A DNA stretch of 64,000 nt from positions 1-64,000 of IMG/VR virus record IMGVR_UViG_3300021964_007119. One strand, written 5' to 3'. This DNA is from a virus. A program made the translations under genes and the position numbers. The stretch's first letter is position 1. Each line of letters starts with the position of its first letter. The notes beneath the pieces were generated by a model that was not told the origin of the DNA, did no database searches, and was given only the letters and a program-made list of their open reading frames with translations. Positions 9,833 to 18,801 of this stretch are shown here, piece by piece.

Positions 9833-11011
9833 TTAAGAGGCGTAATCATCATCTAAATCGTTCTGTTCAATCTCATCTTCATTAAACATACTTTCGTCAT
9901 CAGTTCTAGAATCTTTTACAAATCTTTGAACTAATTGTTTTACGAAAGTTCTTTCAGAATCAATTCCACCATCATTTGAATATTGTGGATAGATTGTGAT
10001 TTCAGAAGCTTCTGGAAGTGAAAATCCGTCAAACAATAAACCAGCGATTTCAACCGAAGTTCTCGTGGAAACACCACTTGTTAATCTAGGATTTTCATTA
10101 GAGGCTTCAACTCTTGTTTGATGTGAGATTTGAGAAACAGCGTCTAGTAATTCAACATCAACATTAGGAAACATATATTCAAGTAATCCTAATTCTTCTT
10201 GATTAGTCAGGACATCCATTTCAATAATGGTAAATCTGTCCATTAACGCTTTATCTAAAACTCTCGTGGAAGTATATTCATTACCGATATTAGCAGTAGC
10301 GATAAATGTAACACCTTCGGCAACATTGATAGTTCCTTGACCATCTTGTTCATCAAGTCTTAAATATCTTTGACCACTATCTAAAACGGTCATTAAGATA
10401 TTCCACGCTTCAGGGTGAGCTCTACTTAACTCATCAAGTAGAATTACCGCGTTTGGTGTTTGAATAGCTTTCACGAAAAGTGATTCTGAAAAGTAAGTTC
10501 CTTTACCTTTATCAAAGTGAACATTACCAATCAAGGTAGCTCTTGGGTCTTGAGTAGCACCTAAATTAAAGTAAAAATCTGGACGCTCTAACGCGTTTAC
10601 CAATGACTTAGCGGCTAGTGTTTTACCACAACCAGCTGGACCAGTCATCATAATATTTTTACCACGAACAGCAGAACGAACTAAATACTTCCACTTCAAT
10701 TCTTGCATAACCAAACCTTTTGGTTTCAAAGAATAAGAAGTATGAATATAATTTAGAACCTCATTGTGTTCTTGTGGAACTTCAACATTACCAGTATTAA
10801 CCGGAATAGTGTTGACTTCAAATTCAGACATTGGAACACCCCACCAATAAGTCTTACCGGACTTATTAACTCGTTGTTCTAATGCTGTGTTGTTCTCAAA
10901 AGCTTTCTTACGAGCCCCAATAGAGATTTGAGAAGTATACTTGTTGCCATCAGCATCCCAAGCGTTGAATCTGTTTCCAGACTTCTCAATCCTTACAACT
11001 ACATTGTTCAT
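9833..11011 (-). CDS. MoxR/CbbQ/NorQ-type AAA+ ATPase
   Basis: Walker A GPAGCGKT, Walker B ILLDE, sensor ATAN, arginine finger DKALMDRF. Confidence 0.92.
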   Translation of the reverse strand: MNNVVVRIEKSGNRFNAWDADGNKYTSQISIGARKKAFENNTALEQRVNKSGKTYWWGVPMSEFEVNTIPVNTGNVEVPQEHNEVLNYIHTSYSLKPKGLVMQELKWKYLVRSAVRGKNIMMTGPAGCGKTLAAKSLVNALERPDFYFNLGATQDPRATLIGNVHFDKGKGTYFSESLFVKAIQTPNAVILLDELSRAHPEAWNILMTVLDSGQRYLRLDEQDGQGTINVAEGVTFIATANIGNEYTSTRVLDKALMDRFTIIEMDVLTNQEELGLLEYMFPNVDVELLDAVSQISHQTRVEASNENPRLTSGVSTRTSVEIAGLLFDGFSLPEASEITIYPQYSNDGGIDSERTFVKQLVQRFVKDSRTDDESMFNEDEIEQNDLDDDYAS

Positions 11012-11051
11012 AACATTTCCTTTCTGTTATTTTGTTTATCTATCATACTCT

Positions 11052-11090
11052 AATATATTAATTAATTTTATCAATGTCAAGAGCTTTTTT
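11052..11090 (-). promoter_or_regulatory. Sigma70-type promoter (class I)
   Basis: AAAAAAGCTC-TTGACA-N17-TATATT. Confidence 0.85.
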
Positions 11091-11609
11091 AGTATTTTTT
11101 CCATAAATTTTTATATCAATTAATTCTTGTTTTGTAAAGTTATCAAAGTATTTAGTCTTTACAATACTTTGATGTGCTTCACCTAAGTCAGTAGAACTCA
11201 TAATGTTAATTAAAAAGTAAGGTGAACCGGCTCTGGTCTTGACACCAGCAGCTGTTCTATCCTCGTGTGGACTAAAACAAAGTGCTTTGTAATCTTCGTA
11301 TCCGTTATTTTTCATTAAGTTCTGTAATTTAAGTTGGTAATCTTTTCTTTCAATGTGTTCCCATATTTCACCTAAACAAATAAATAAGATTGAATTATAT
11401 TTGTTTTCTTTAATCCAATCATCTAAACCTTTTTTAAAGTTTGGCCCATACGAATCATCTTGTCCTTTTAAAATTACAAATTTCATATCGTCATTTGTTA
11501 ATTCTTTTTTTAAGAAAGGACAAATACCAAATCCACTAAATTCTTCTCGTGGTTCTGTTAGTTCCCATAACCAATCTTTTGTTTGTTCTATGATTTGTTT
11601 ATCTGTCAT
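11058..11609 (-). CDS. DUF1415-like protein
   Basis: TKDWL...GFGICPF and F-x-P...SPY pattern recalling DUF1415. Confidence 0.55.
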   Translation of the reverse strand: MTDKQIIEQTKDWLWELTEPREEFSGFGICPFLKKELTNDDMKFVILKGQDDSYGPNFKKGLDDWIKENKYNSILFICLGEIWEHIERKDYQLKLQNLMKNNGYEDYKALCFSPHEDRTAAGVKTRAGSPYFLINIMSSTDLGEAHQSIVKTKYFDNFTKQELIDIKIYGKNTKKALDIDKIN

Positions 11610-13738
11610 TTCGTTAAAAACATCTTGTTCATTGTTTTAGCAATCTGAGTAACTGATGAAACATTAATGTTCTCAGCATCTTGACCATACATTGTTTTAA
11701 AATCTTGTAAAGTGGTATCTCTATCGTAATCAGAAATAAAGTAAGATAAAATATTGATACCCATTTTTCTCATTTTGTTAACCATATCTCTAGTGTGATG
11801 AACAGCTTCATCACCACAATAATATAGTGTATCATTTGAATACATTGGCATTCCGTCTGATAAGTTTAAGAAAAAACTATCCATTTTGTCAGTAGTTGTA
11901 ATCATATCGTCCATAATGGCTTCAAAACACAATCCTTCAGGAGTGGTTGAACCACAATGTAAATATCTAAACAACTTTCTAACTTTTGAAATCTTGTCTA
12001 CTCTTGAATCATAAGCATACATAATAACTGGTAAATCACCAGTGTCTTGTGTTCCTCTTAATGAAAACACAACATCAAAGTTTTGAATCATATCAACAGC
12101 TTGAATAATAGCAATAGCACAAGTTAATGACTTGTTAAATTTTTCACCAGACATACTACCACTAGCGTCCAAAGAAATGTGTAAGAAACCATCAGGAAAC
12201 TTGTCTATGTTGATTGTGTGAAATACATTTGAATTACCAAACCCAAGTTCTGCAATAAGTCTTTTATCAATACGACCAGAATTTAATCTTGTGTTTTTTA
12301 GTAATCTTTCTTCACCACGAATTTGTAATTTTTTACCTAACATTTTACCAAGTCTTAATCCTTCAACAACTCTTGTTTGAGTATCTCTCCAAGGGCTTGA
12401 ATCAATCAAACCTCTGAACAAACCTGAATCGACGAGTGTTTGGTTGAAGTTTTTAACAACTACACATTGTTTTTTACCACCAGCATTTCTGTTCATCCAA
12501 CGACTTGACATTTCGTCATACTTTGAATCTTGTAAAATATTTTTTAGTGTAGTTCCAGACTCGGAAATAGCTTGAACTTTTTGTTTATCTTTTTTAGATA
12601 ACTTTCTTTTTGAAATTTGACCTTGTAAAAACTTTCTTTGTTTATCAAACGCTCTATCAAGTTTTTTTCTTAAATCTGATTTTTCATCATCAGTCATTCC
12701 GTTTTCTAATTCTTGATAAAGTTTTTCAACCATATTGGCAACTCTACCACCATCTTGAAGATAAACTGATTCAACTTGAACTTGGTCAAGTAATCTTTCG
12801 TAATCATTTGAGTCTTTGTATTTCTGCATCAAGTCTTTAATACGATTAACTGAATAATCATTAACCATATCGCGATGACCTTCTGAACCACCAGTTCCAC
12901 CACCACCTTGTTGATTTAGTGATTGTTGTAAAGTTTGATTTAATCTTTTTTTGATGTCATCATAAGTTTCAGCTCTATCGGTGTCATCTAAATTTTGTAA
13001 AACAATTTTACCAACTTTGTAAGCTACTTTCCAAGCATCACCAGTAGATTGTAATCTTGAAATGTTTCTTAAATCAATAGTTTTCCAAATATCTCTTAGA
13101 CCAGGTAAAGCATCTAAATTAGTATTTGGATTAGTTAAGTTGATAATTCTAAACATATAAGCGTCTATTGAAGCTTCTGTCATTTCATCTGACTTTAAAC
13201 CTTTGTCAATAGTAGGACTATTGAAATACTTCTGATACATAGATAAATAATAACCTTTGTATCCAGGTGAACTAGATACAACATAGTGGTCAATTCGTCT
13301 ATCCTCAACATAATTCAACATATTCTTAAAAAACTCTTTGATATCTCTTTGTCTCATACCTTTACTCATACCTAATTCATAAGTTGTTTTTGGTATAGAA
13401 GAACCAAGTTGTTTTAAGAAATCAAAGTCTGATAATAAAATATGTGAACCCTCGTGTAGTGCAAGACCAACTGAACTATCAAATAATTTGTCATCAAGTT
13501 TAGAAGATATCGTAACAATTTTTCCGTCAGTATAAGAATCACCTCTTTGTGAAAACTGAACAGGAATACTTTTAGAAGTTACAATATTTACAAAGTTAGA
13601 AATGGCTCTTTGATAACCTGCTAACTTAATGTGGTCAATACCGGGTTTTGTATCTACATCTTTTTCTATAAGTGATTTGTTTTCTAAACTATCACCCAAC
13701 CAAAAAGACGAAAAATTGTTTTGTTTATTTAATTTCAT
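11606..13738 (-). CDS. VWA-domain protein with N-terminal HExxH metallopeptidase-like domain (CobT/NorD-like partner of the AAA+)
   Basis: LALHEGSH and NYVEDRRI; MIDAS DASGSMSG, TTPEG, LSDGMP. Confidence 0.9.
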   Translation of the reverse strand: MKLNKQNNFSSFWLGDSLENKSLIEKDVDTKPGIDHIKLAGYQRAISNFVNIVTSKSIPVQFSQRGDSYTDGKIVTISSKLDDKLFDSSVGLALHEGSHILLSDFDFLKQLGSSIPKTTYELGMSKGMRQRDIKEFFKNMLNYVEDRRIDHYVVSSSPGYKGYYLSMYQKYFNSPTIDKGLKSDEMTEASIDAYMFRIINLTNPNTNLDALPGLRDIWKTIDLRNISRLQSTGDAWKVAYKVGKIVLQNLDDTDRAETYDDIKKRLNQTLQQSLNQQGGGGTGGSEGHRDMVNDYSVNRIKDLMQKYKDSNDYERLLDQVQVESVYLQDGGRVANMVEKLYQELENGMTDDEKSDLRKKLDRAFDKQRKFLQGQISKRKLSKKDKQKVQAISESGTTLKNILQDSKYDEMSSRWMNRNAGGKKQCVVVKNFNQTLVDSGLFRGLIDSSPWRDTQTRVVEGLRLGKMLGKKLQIRGEERLLKNTRLNSGRIDKRLIAELGFGNSNVFHTINIDKFPDGFLHISLDASGSMSGEKFNKSLTCAIAIIQAVDMIQNFDVVFSLRGTQDTGDLPVIMYAYDSRVDKISKVRKLFRYLHCGSTTPEGLCFEAIMDDMITTTDKMDSFFLNLSDGMPMYSNDTLYYCGDEAVHHTRDMVNKMRKMGINILSYFISDYDRDTTLQDFKTMYGQDAENINVSSVTQIAKTMNKMFLTK

Positions 13739-13747
13739 AACTATCCT

Positions 13748-13786
13748 AGTTTAATAATAAAATTTGTTAATGTCAAGAGCTTTTTT
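13748..13786 (-). promoter_or_regulatory. Sigma70-type promoter (class I)
   Basis: AAAAAAGCTC-TTGACA-N17-TAAACT, ATG 9 nt downstream. Confidence 0.8.
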
Positions 13787-13787
13787 A

Positions 13788-14000
13788 TTAATCTTCCAAA
13801 TAATTTACTTGAACTTCATTTAGATGATAATCTCTTTCTGAATATTTGAACTCATCTTTAATGTGTTCTTGTGTTTTTTCAGCAATAGTATCTGCGAACC
13901 ATCTAGCATCTCTATTCTCATTTTTAGTAGATTTCTCACCACAACCTTGTTCTGGAACAAATATCTCCATAGTCATATTAACCCAATATCTTTTAGCCAT
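13788..14000 (-). CDS. Hypothetical protein
   Basis: AAGGAG RBS; co-oriented ORF. Confidence 0.6.
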   Translation of the reverse strand: MAKRYWVNMTMEIFVPEQGCGEKSTKNENRDARWFADTIAEKTQEHIKDEFKYSERDYHLNEVQVNYLED

Positions 14001-14190
14001 AATTTTTCTCCTTTTCTAATTCTTTTTTTAATTCGTTTAAAGTGCATTGAGCACCATTTATAAAAGTTCTACCTTCACTAATTTCTAAGTCTAAACTATC
14101 CAAAGTTCCTTGATACTCTGGTAAGTTGTTTAATCCATTAGTCAATTCTTGTTCTAATGTATTTAATAATTCTTTAATTCTATCTTTCAT
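13993..14190 (-). CDS. Hypothetical helical protein
   Basis: Coupled ORF. Confidence 0.6.
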   Translation of the reverse strand: MKDRIKELLNTLEQELTNGLNNLPEYQGTLDSLDLEISEGRTFINGAQCTLNELKKELEKEKNYG

Positions 14191-14480
14191 TATATCATTC
14201 CTTCCAAAATTTCTATTACTTGTTCATCTGTAAAATCTTTAACATTGTAAGTATCTGTAAAGTCTGTTGGTGTAAAAAAGTCAGTATCATCTAATAACTC
14301 TAAATAACCATATTTGTTTCCACCCTCATTGAAAGCTAAAGTTTCTCTTTTCATCTCATACAAGTTATACAAAGCTTCGTTTCTATCTTCTGTAAACTGC
14401 TCTATATTTTGTTCTACTTGTTCTTTTGTGTAACCCTCAGTTACATTTTTAATTTCTAATGTTTTTCCATAAATCGTCAT
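14190..14480 (-). CDS. Hypothetical acidic protein
   Basis: AAGGAG RBS downstream of class I promoter. Confidence 0.65.
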   Translation of the reverse strand: MTIYGKTLEIKNVTEGYTKEQVEQNIEQFTEDRNEALYNLYEMKRETLAFNEGGNKYGYLELLDDTDFFTPTDFTDTYNVKDFTDEQVIEILEGMI

Positions 14481-14508
14481 AATTTTTTTCTCCTTTACTT
14501 TCTATACT

Positions 14509-14547
14509 AGTATAACTGCCTTAGCATTAAGAGTCAAGAGCTATTTT
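14509..14547 (-). promoter_or_regulatory. Sigma70-type promoter (class I)
   Basis: GCTC-TTGACT-N17-TATACT. Confidence 0.8.
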
Positions 14548-14644
14548 ATCTTTTTTTTAAATTAATTATACAAGGAATACACAGCATTGGATAAAATATT
14601 GTTCCAACGAAGTTATCTGTATTGCAATTATCACATTTTTTCAT
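14546..14644 (-). CDS. 32-aa zinc-finger microprotein
   Basis: MKKCDNCNTDNFVGTIFYPMLCIPCIINLKKR; two CxxC; own promoter 8 nt upstream. Confidence 0.6.
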   Translation of the reverse strand: MKKCDNCNTDNFVGTIFYPMLCIPCIINLKKR

Positions 14645-14652
14645 AACAATAC

Positions 14653-14690
14653 AATATAATGTAGCCCTTTTTTAAAGTCAAGAGCTAATT
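14653..14690 (-). promoter_or_regulatory. Sigma70-type promoter (class I)
   Basis: GCTC-TTGACT-N17-TATATT. Confidence 0.8.
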
Positions 14691-14793
14691 CAATAAGCTG
14701 TGTTATTTTTTTAGAAGTTTTTTTAAAAATTATTTTTTTATCTGATTTCATTGGGTTTTTAGGGTTTTTGGTGGTTTTCAAGCAAACGATTCT

Positions 14794-15081
14794 GGAGATA
14801 AGGATGATGTATTGATTTCTGGTTTTCTCCTGCCCTCCTTCGGTGGTTCTATTGAATAGCATTTAAGACTTGTTCGTTAACAATGACTTTCGTCACCACC
14901 ACACTCTCTCTCTTGGTGTGGACACTTCTCCCGGAATGTATTTCTACAATAAGGACTATTTGTTCAATATAAGCGACTTACTCAGTATGTCCTCTCGTGG
15001 ACTCCTGATGCGAAACTAAGTTTAAATCGATTCTACTCGATAAACTCCTGGTTTATTTTGATTGTCATCATTTTTATCTCC
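14794..15081. ncRNA. Candidate 288-nt structured RNA bounded by a 16-bp terminal inverted repeat
   Basis: GGAGATAAGGATGATG / CATCATTTTTATCTCC; internal hairpins TGAC-TTTC-GTCA and CCACAC...GTGTGG; GC-richer than flanks; no long ORF. Confidence 0.5.
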
Positions 15082-15098
15082 TTGTGTTTTGTTTTGTA

Positions 15099-15160
15099 TA
15101 AAAAAAGAGAGCCGTGATTTTAAGTTTGGTATATGGTGGAAACTAAAATTTGGCTCTCTT
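15099..15160 (-). terminator. Long intrinsic terminator hairpin downstream of the 411-nt RNA
   Basis: AAGAGAGCC...GGCTCTCTT followed by T-run on minus strand. Confidence 0.7.
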
Positions 15161-15168
15161 AAAAATAT

Positions 15169-15579
15169 TGGTGGAATTTATTGGGGATGTGAGGCTAATG
15201 ATTACTCACAATTTTCGTCTTGGATTTTTCATACTCTAAACTTTACATCTATCAGTTACGATAGTTCATCTTAAGGTGGTTATTCCTCATTGATGTGAAT
15301 ACAACTTCTATGCAAATACCTTATCTCTCCAAGTGTAGATTGTTCGGTCATAATAATAGGACTTCAGTTTTACCCTTACCTATAATAGAGTCATAAGAAT
15401 CATCTTATCTTTTTTACGAAAATACATTAGACGATATCTGTCGATATAGACGATTAGAATATTTACCAATCATCAAGTCACCACAACTTCGTCCGGATTA
15501 CTTTATGGGCTTCAAATGTCTACCCATTTTTCAGTCAATCCCATATAGAGTTAATTACTCTCTATACTTTCATAATTCC
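15169..15579 (-). ncRNA. Candidate 411-nt large structured ncRNA, ends paired, 3' ACCA
   Basis: 5' GGAAUU pairs with AAUUCC-ACCA; several internal helices with G.U pairs favouring minus strand; terminator downstream; no credible ORF. Confidence 0.7.
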
Positions 15580-15651
15580 AATTTTCAAATAACTAATTAC
15601 ACTTATATATATAAGTCAAATCGCCCAAAATACATTTTTTCTTGCATTTTT

Positions 15652-18600
15652 TTAATCAAATTTAATTTTACTAAATTCTGTATCTTTCGTGATTTCAAGT
15701 AGTGTATCCACTGCATCTCTCATAGAGTCAACATGCGATACAATCAAAGCAAATTGGAATTGTCCTTTTAGATATTGGAATAAATTATAAACTGAATTTA
15801 TATTATCACTATCCATTGTTCCCCAACCCTCATCAATCGCTAAGAAATTACTTCTTGGTAAATTACTTACATTTATTAAACCAACTCTCATTGCAAGAGA
15901 ACTGATAAATCTTTCCATACCACTTGATAGTTCTAGTGGCCACTGGTTAACATCATCATACACAATATTACTATTAATGTTCTTTCCGTCCATATCTAAC
16001 GACATTTGGAAATCAACTAGTTGTCCTAAGATATTATTTATTTCTCCTTCAATCGTTGGTATTGCTTTTTCTAACAATTCATAAGGAACACTATCTCTTC
16101 TAACAGCATCTAAGTAATAACGATATGCTTGATTTTTGTTTTCTAATTCTTCTATTTCTTCAATCTTCCTGTTGATGTTTTTCATTTCACTATCACCAAC
16201 CTTGATGTCGGCGTGAACTTCTGTTATATCACCAGTTAAGTTTACTATAACATCCTCTACATCATCTAAATTATTTTGAACAACTTGAATATCTTCTTTT
16301 ATTTTTTTATTATATTTGATATTACTTTTTTGTTCATTGTATTGTTTTATATCTTGTTCAATAGTTTCAATTGACGAATTTATATTTTTCTTTCTTTCTT
16401 TAAAATATTGTAGATTAGTTTTTAGTTCTCTTTCTCTAAATTCTGCTTCAACTAAACTTGATTTATATTCATCATAATTTTCTTTTTGCTTGATAATAGG
16501 ATTTAGTGTTTCTATTTCTTCGTCCATTTTGTTCTTTTTCTCAAGATAGGTTGCGGCCAGCTCTTTATCTTTTTCTAAGTTCTTTTCGGTTTCCCTAGCA
16601 TCAATTGTTAATGGATTACTCATACAATGTTCACAATCGTCGTCCCAAGTAACACCTTTTAATTTTTCGGTCTTGTCTAATTTGTTTCTAACCTCTACTT
16701 TTAATTTATCTATTTCTATTTGAAATTCATCTCTACTTTCTTGTAAAGTTTGAAGTTTTGAATATTGTTCATTTATATTATCAGATTCATATTTTGTAAT
16801 ATTAATTTCTATTTCGGTTAATAATTGACTTATGTCATTAAATTCTGAATTTGTTTTATCTATGTCTTTAGTAACTTCTTGAAAATCTTTATTTTGACTA
16901 AGTAAATCATTTTCTAATTTATCTATATCTTGTATATTATCATCAACAACTTTTAGTTTTTTAGTCAAGTTAATAATTTTAGTATTTAATTTGTTTTGTT
17001 TTTCTACTTGTTTTTCTTTTTTGGAAAGTAAGTCTGTTTGTTTAACTTGTAATAAAGTAGTTTGTTTTTGTAATTCTGCTAAGTTTTTACTATAATCAAC
17101 TTTATTAAAATCTCTTAACAAAGTTTGTGTTTCTGATATTTTATCATTAGCAGATTGATACAACGAATCGAAAATATCTGTTCCCATAAATGTAGATAAT
17201 AACTCTTTTCTTTCCTTTTGTGTTTTGTCAATGAACACTGTGAAGTTATTTTGGGTGGATAGTGTTGATAAAATAAAATCTTCGTATGTTCCCACCACCT
17301 GATTAATATTGTAGTTTGTCGTTCGTCTTTGGTCACCATTTAAACTAATAGTCTGTCCACTATCATCAATCATCCAAAAATTAACATTTACTTTTACATG
17401 CCCGTCTCTTTCTCTTTTTGATGCTTTTCTTTCAATAAAATAATCTAAACCACCAACTTCAAAGTTTACTTTACAACTAAAATTCTTTTTCTTGTTATTT
17501 AGAACTGATGCCGCTTTTGTGGTTCTTGATGTAACATCAAATAAACAAAATGATAAAGCATCTAATAAGGTTGACTTACCGGAAGCATTTGGAGCAAACA
17601 TACCAACAATTCCGTCAAGTTGTGTAAAGTCTACATAATTGTTTTCACCATAACAAAACATATTTGAAAATTCAAAGTGTTTTAATTTCCAATTAATATT
17701 TCGTTTAACTCTTGCTGGTGGTAGTTCATTATTGATTTCTTCATTTAATTTTTTAATCTTAACTAATATATTGTCTGTAATGGCGTGGTTTCGTTTTAAA
17801 TAATCTTCAATCAATTCGTATTGATAATCAGTATCATTTACATCACCTATAACCATTTCACTATTAGACCTACCTACATCTCGTCTGTCTACTTTTGTAA
17901 TTGTGACATCTTTAATTCCGTATCTGTGATGAATAATAGCTAAGGCTTTTTTAAGTTCAATACCATTGGTATTGGATACCCTAACTCTTAATCTTGCTTT
18001 TTTAGGCATTCCTTTTACATCAGGAACAATACCTTTATCAATGTCTATTGTGTAGTATCCGTAATCATTTGGTATTTCAATGTATTCTGATTTTTTTGTT
18101 TCTACTTCCCACAACAAATATCCGTGTCCAATACTTTCTCCGTGATTTTGTTGAATCAGAGAACCACAATAAGCAATAGTTTTTTCTTCATTTAAGTATT
18201 GTCTTTTATGAATATCACCAATTAGACCCATATCGTAATCGTCAAAGTAATCTATTGTAACCTTACCTGGTAGTGAAAATCCTACATCAGTTTTTGACCT
18301 ATCAACTGTTCCGTGATATAAAACAACCTTTGTATCAGCTTCAAAGTCTTTTGCTTTAATGTAGTTCTCTTCATCTTCCCAAACATCCCAAACTACAAAA
18401 CTCATATCGGCTATGTCGTAAACGCCTGAGCGTTTTAAGTAATGTAAGTTGGGTAAATTTAAATTATTGATGATAGGTGTTAAAACATCTAATCTATTCA
18501 AGTTATTTAAATTACAATCGTGATTACCCGTTATAACTATCGTAGGACAAATCTCTGAAAGAGATTTTAAAAAACGAGAAGTTTGGTCTACGAGTTCGGG

Positions 18601-18801
18601 GGACATATCGGTTTTTGAGTGTGCTATATCACCACCGATATAAATAATAGAATCCTCACGATTCTGTTTGATTTTTTCATACAACCTTTCAAATACTTGT
18701 TCGTATTCGGCGTGTCGTTTTAAATTTCTAATATGAACATCAGATATGTGGTGTATGTATTTAATTTTTTTTAAAGGAATATCAACTTTTGTTCTTTTCA
18801 T
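15652..18801 (-). CDS. Fused SbcD(Mre11/gp47)-SbcC(Rad50/gp46) nuclease-ATPase
   Basis: Phosphoesterase motifs SDVH, GGD, GNHD, GDIH; Walker A NASGKST; coiled coil with CEHC zinc hook; signature LSSGME; Walker B IDEG; H-loop VSH. Confidence 0.93.
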   Translation of the reverse strand: MKRTKVDIPLKKIKYIHHISDVHIRNLKRHAEYEQVFERLYEKIKQNREDSIIYIGGDIAHSKTDMSPELVDQTSRFLKSLSEICPTIVITGNHDCNLNNLNRLDVLTPIINNLNLPNLHYLKRSGVYDIADMSFVVWDVWEDEENYIKAKDFEADTKVVLYHGTVDRSKTDVGFSLPGKVTIDYFDDYDMGLIGDIHKRQYLNEEKTIAYCGSLIQQNHGESIGHGYLLWEVETKKSEYIEIPNDYGYYTIDIDKGIVPDVKGMPKKARLRVRVSNTNGIELKKALAIIHHRYGIKDVTITKVDRRDVGRSNSEMVIGDVNDTDYQYELIEDYLKRNHAITDNILVKIKKLNEEINNELPPARVKRNINWKLKHFEFSNMFCYGENNYVDFTQLDGIVGMFAPNASGKSTLLDALSFCLFDVTSRTTKAASVLNNKKKNFSCKVNFEVGGLDYFIERKASKRERDGHVKVNVNFWMIDDSGQTISLNGDQRRTTNYNINQVVGTYEDFILSTLSTQNNFTVFIDKTQKERKELLSTFMGTDIFDSLYQSANDKISETQTLLRDFNKVDYSKNLAELQKQTTLLQVKQTDLLSKKEKQVEKQNKLNTKIINLTKKLKVVDDNIQDIDKLENDLLSQNKDFQEVTKDIDKTNSEFNDISQLLTEIEINITKYESDNINEQYSKLQTLQESRDEFQIEIDKLKVEVRNKLDKTEKLKGVTWDDDCEHCMSNPLTIDARETEKNLEKDKELAATYLEKKNKMDEEIETLNPIIKQKENYDEYKSSLVEAEFRERELKTNLQYFKERKKNINSSIETIEQDIKQYNEQKSNIKYNKKIKEDIQVVQNNLDDVEDVIVNLTGDITEVHADIKVGDSEMKNINRKIEEIEELENKNQAYRYYLDAVRRDSVPYELLEKAIPTIEGEINNILGQLVDFQMSLDMDGKNINSNIVYDDVNQWPLELSSGMERFISSLAMRVGLINVSNLPRSNFLAIDEGWGTMDSDNINSVYNLFQYLKGQFQFALIVSHVDSMRDAVDTLLEITKDTEFSKIKFD

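Noticed and set aside
14641-14862. 73-aa ORF
   Set aside because: Low-complexity translation running across a promoter and A/T tracts
15001-15020. Hammerhead core (CTGATG...GAAAC)
   Set aside because: CUGANGA is incomplete and there is no stem II
14794-15081. Retron msr-msd or MITE
   Set aside because: No reverse transcriptase or transposase nearby, single copy in window, no target-site duplication
15169-15579. tmRNA or RNase P RNA
   Set aside because: No T arm or G3.U70; RNase P conserved regions not found
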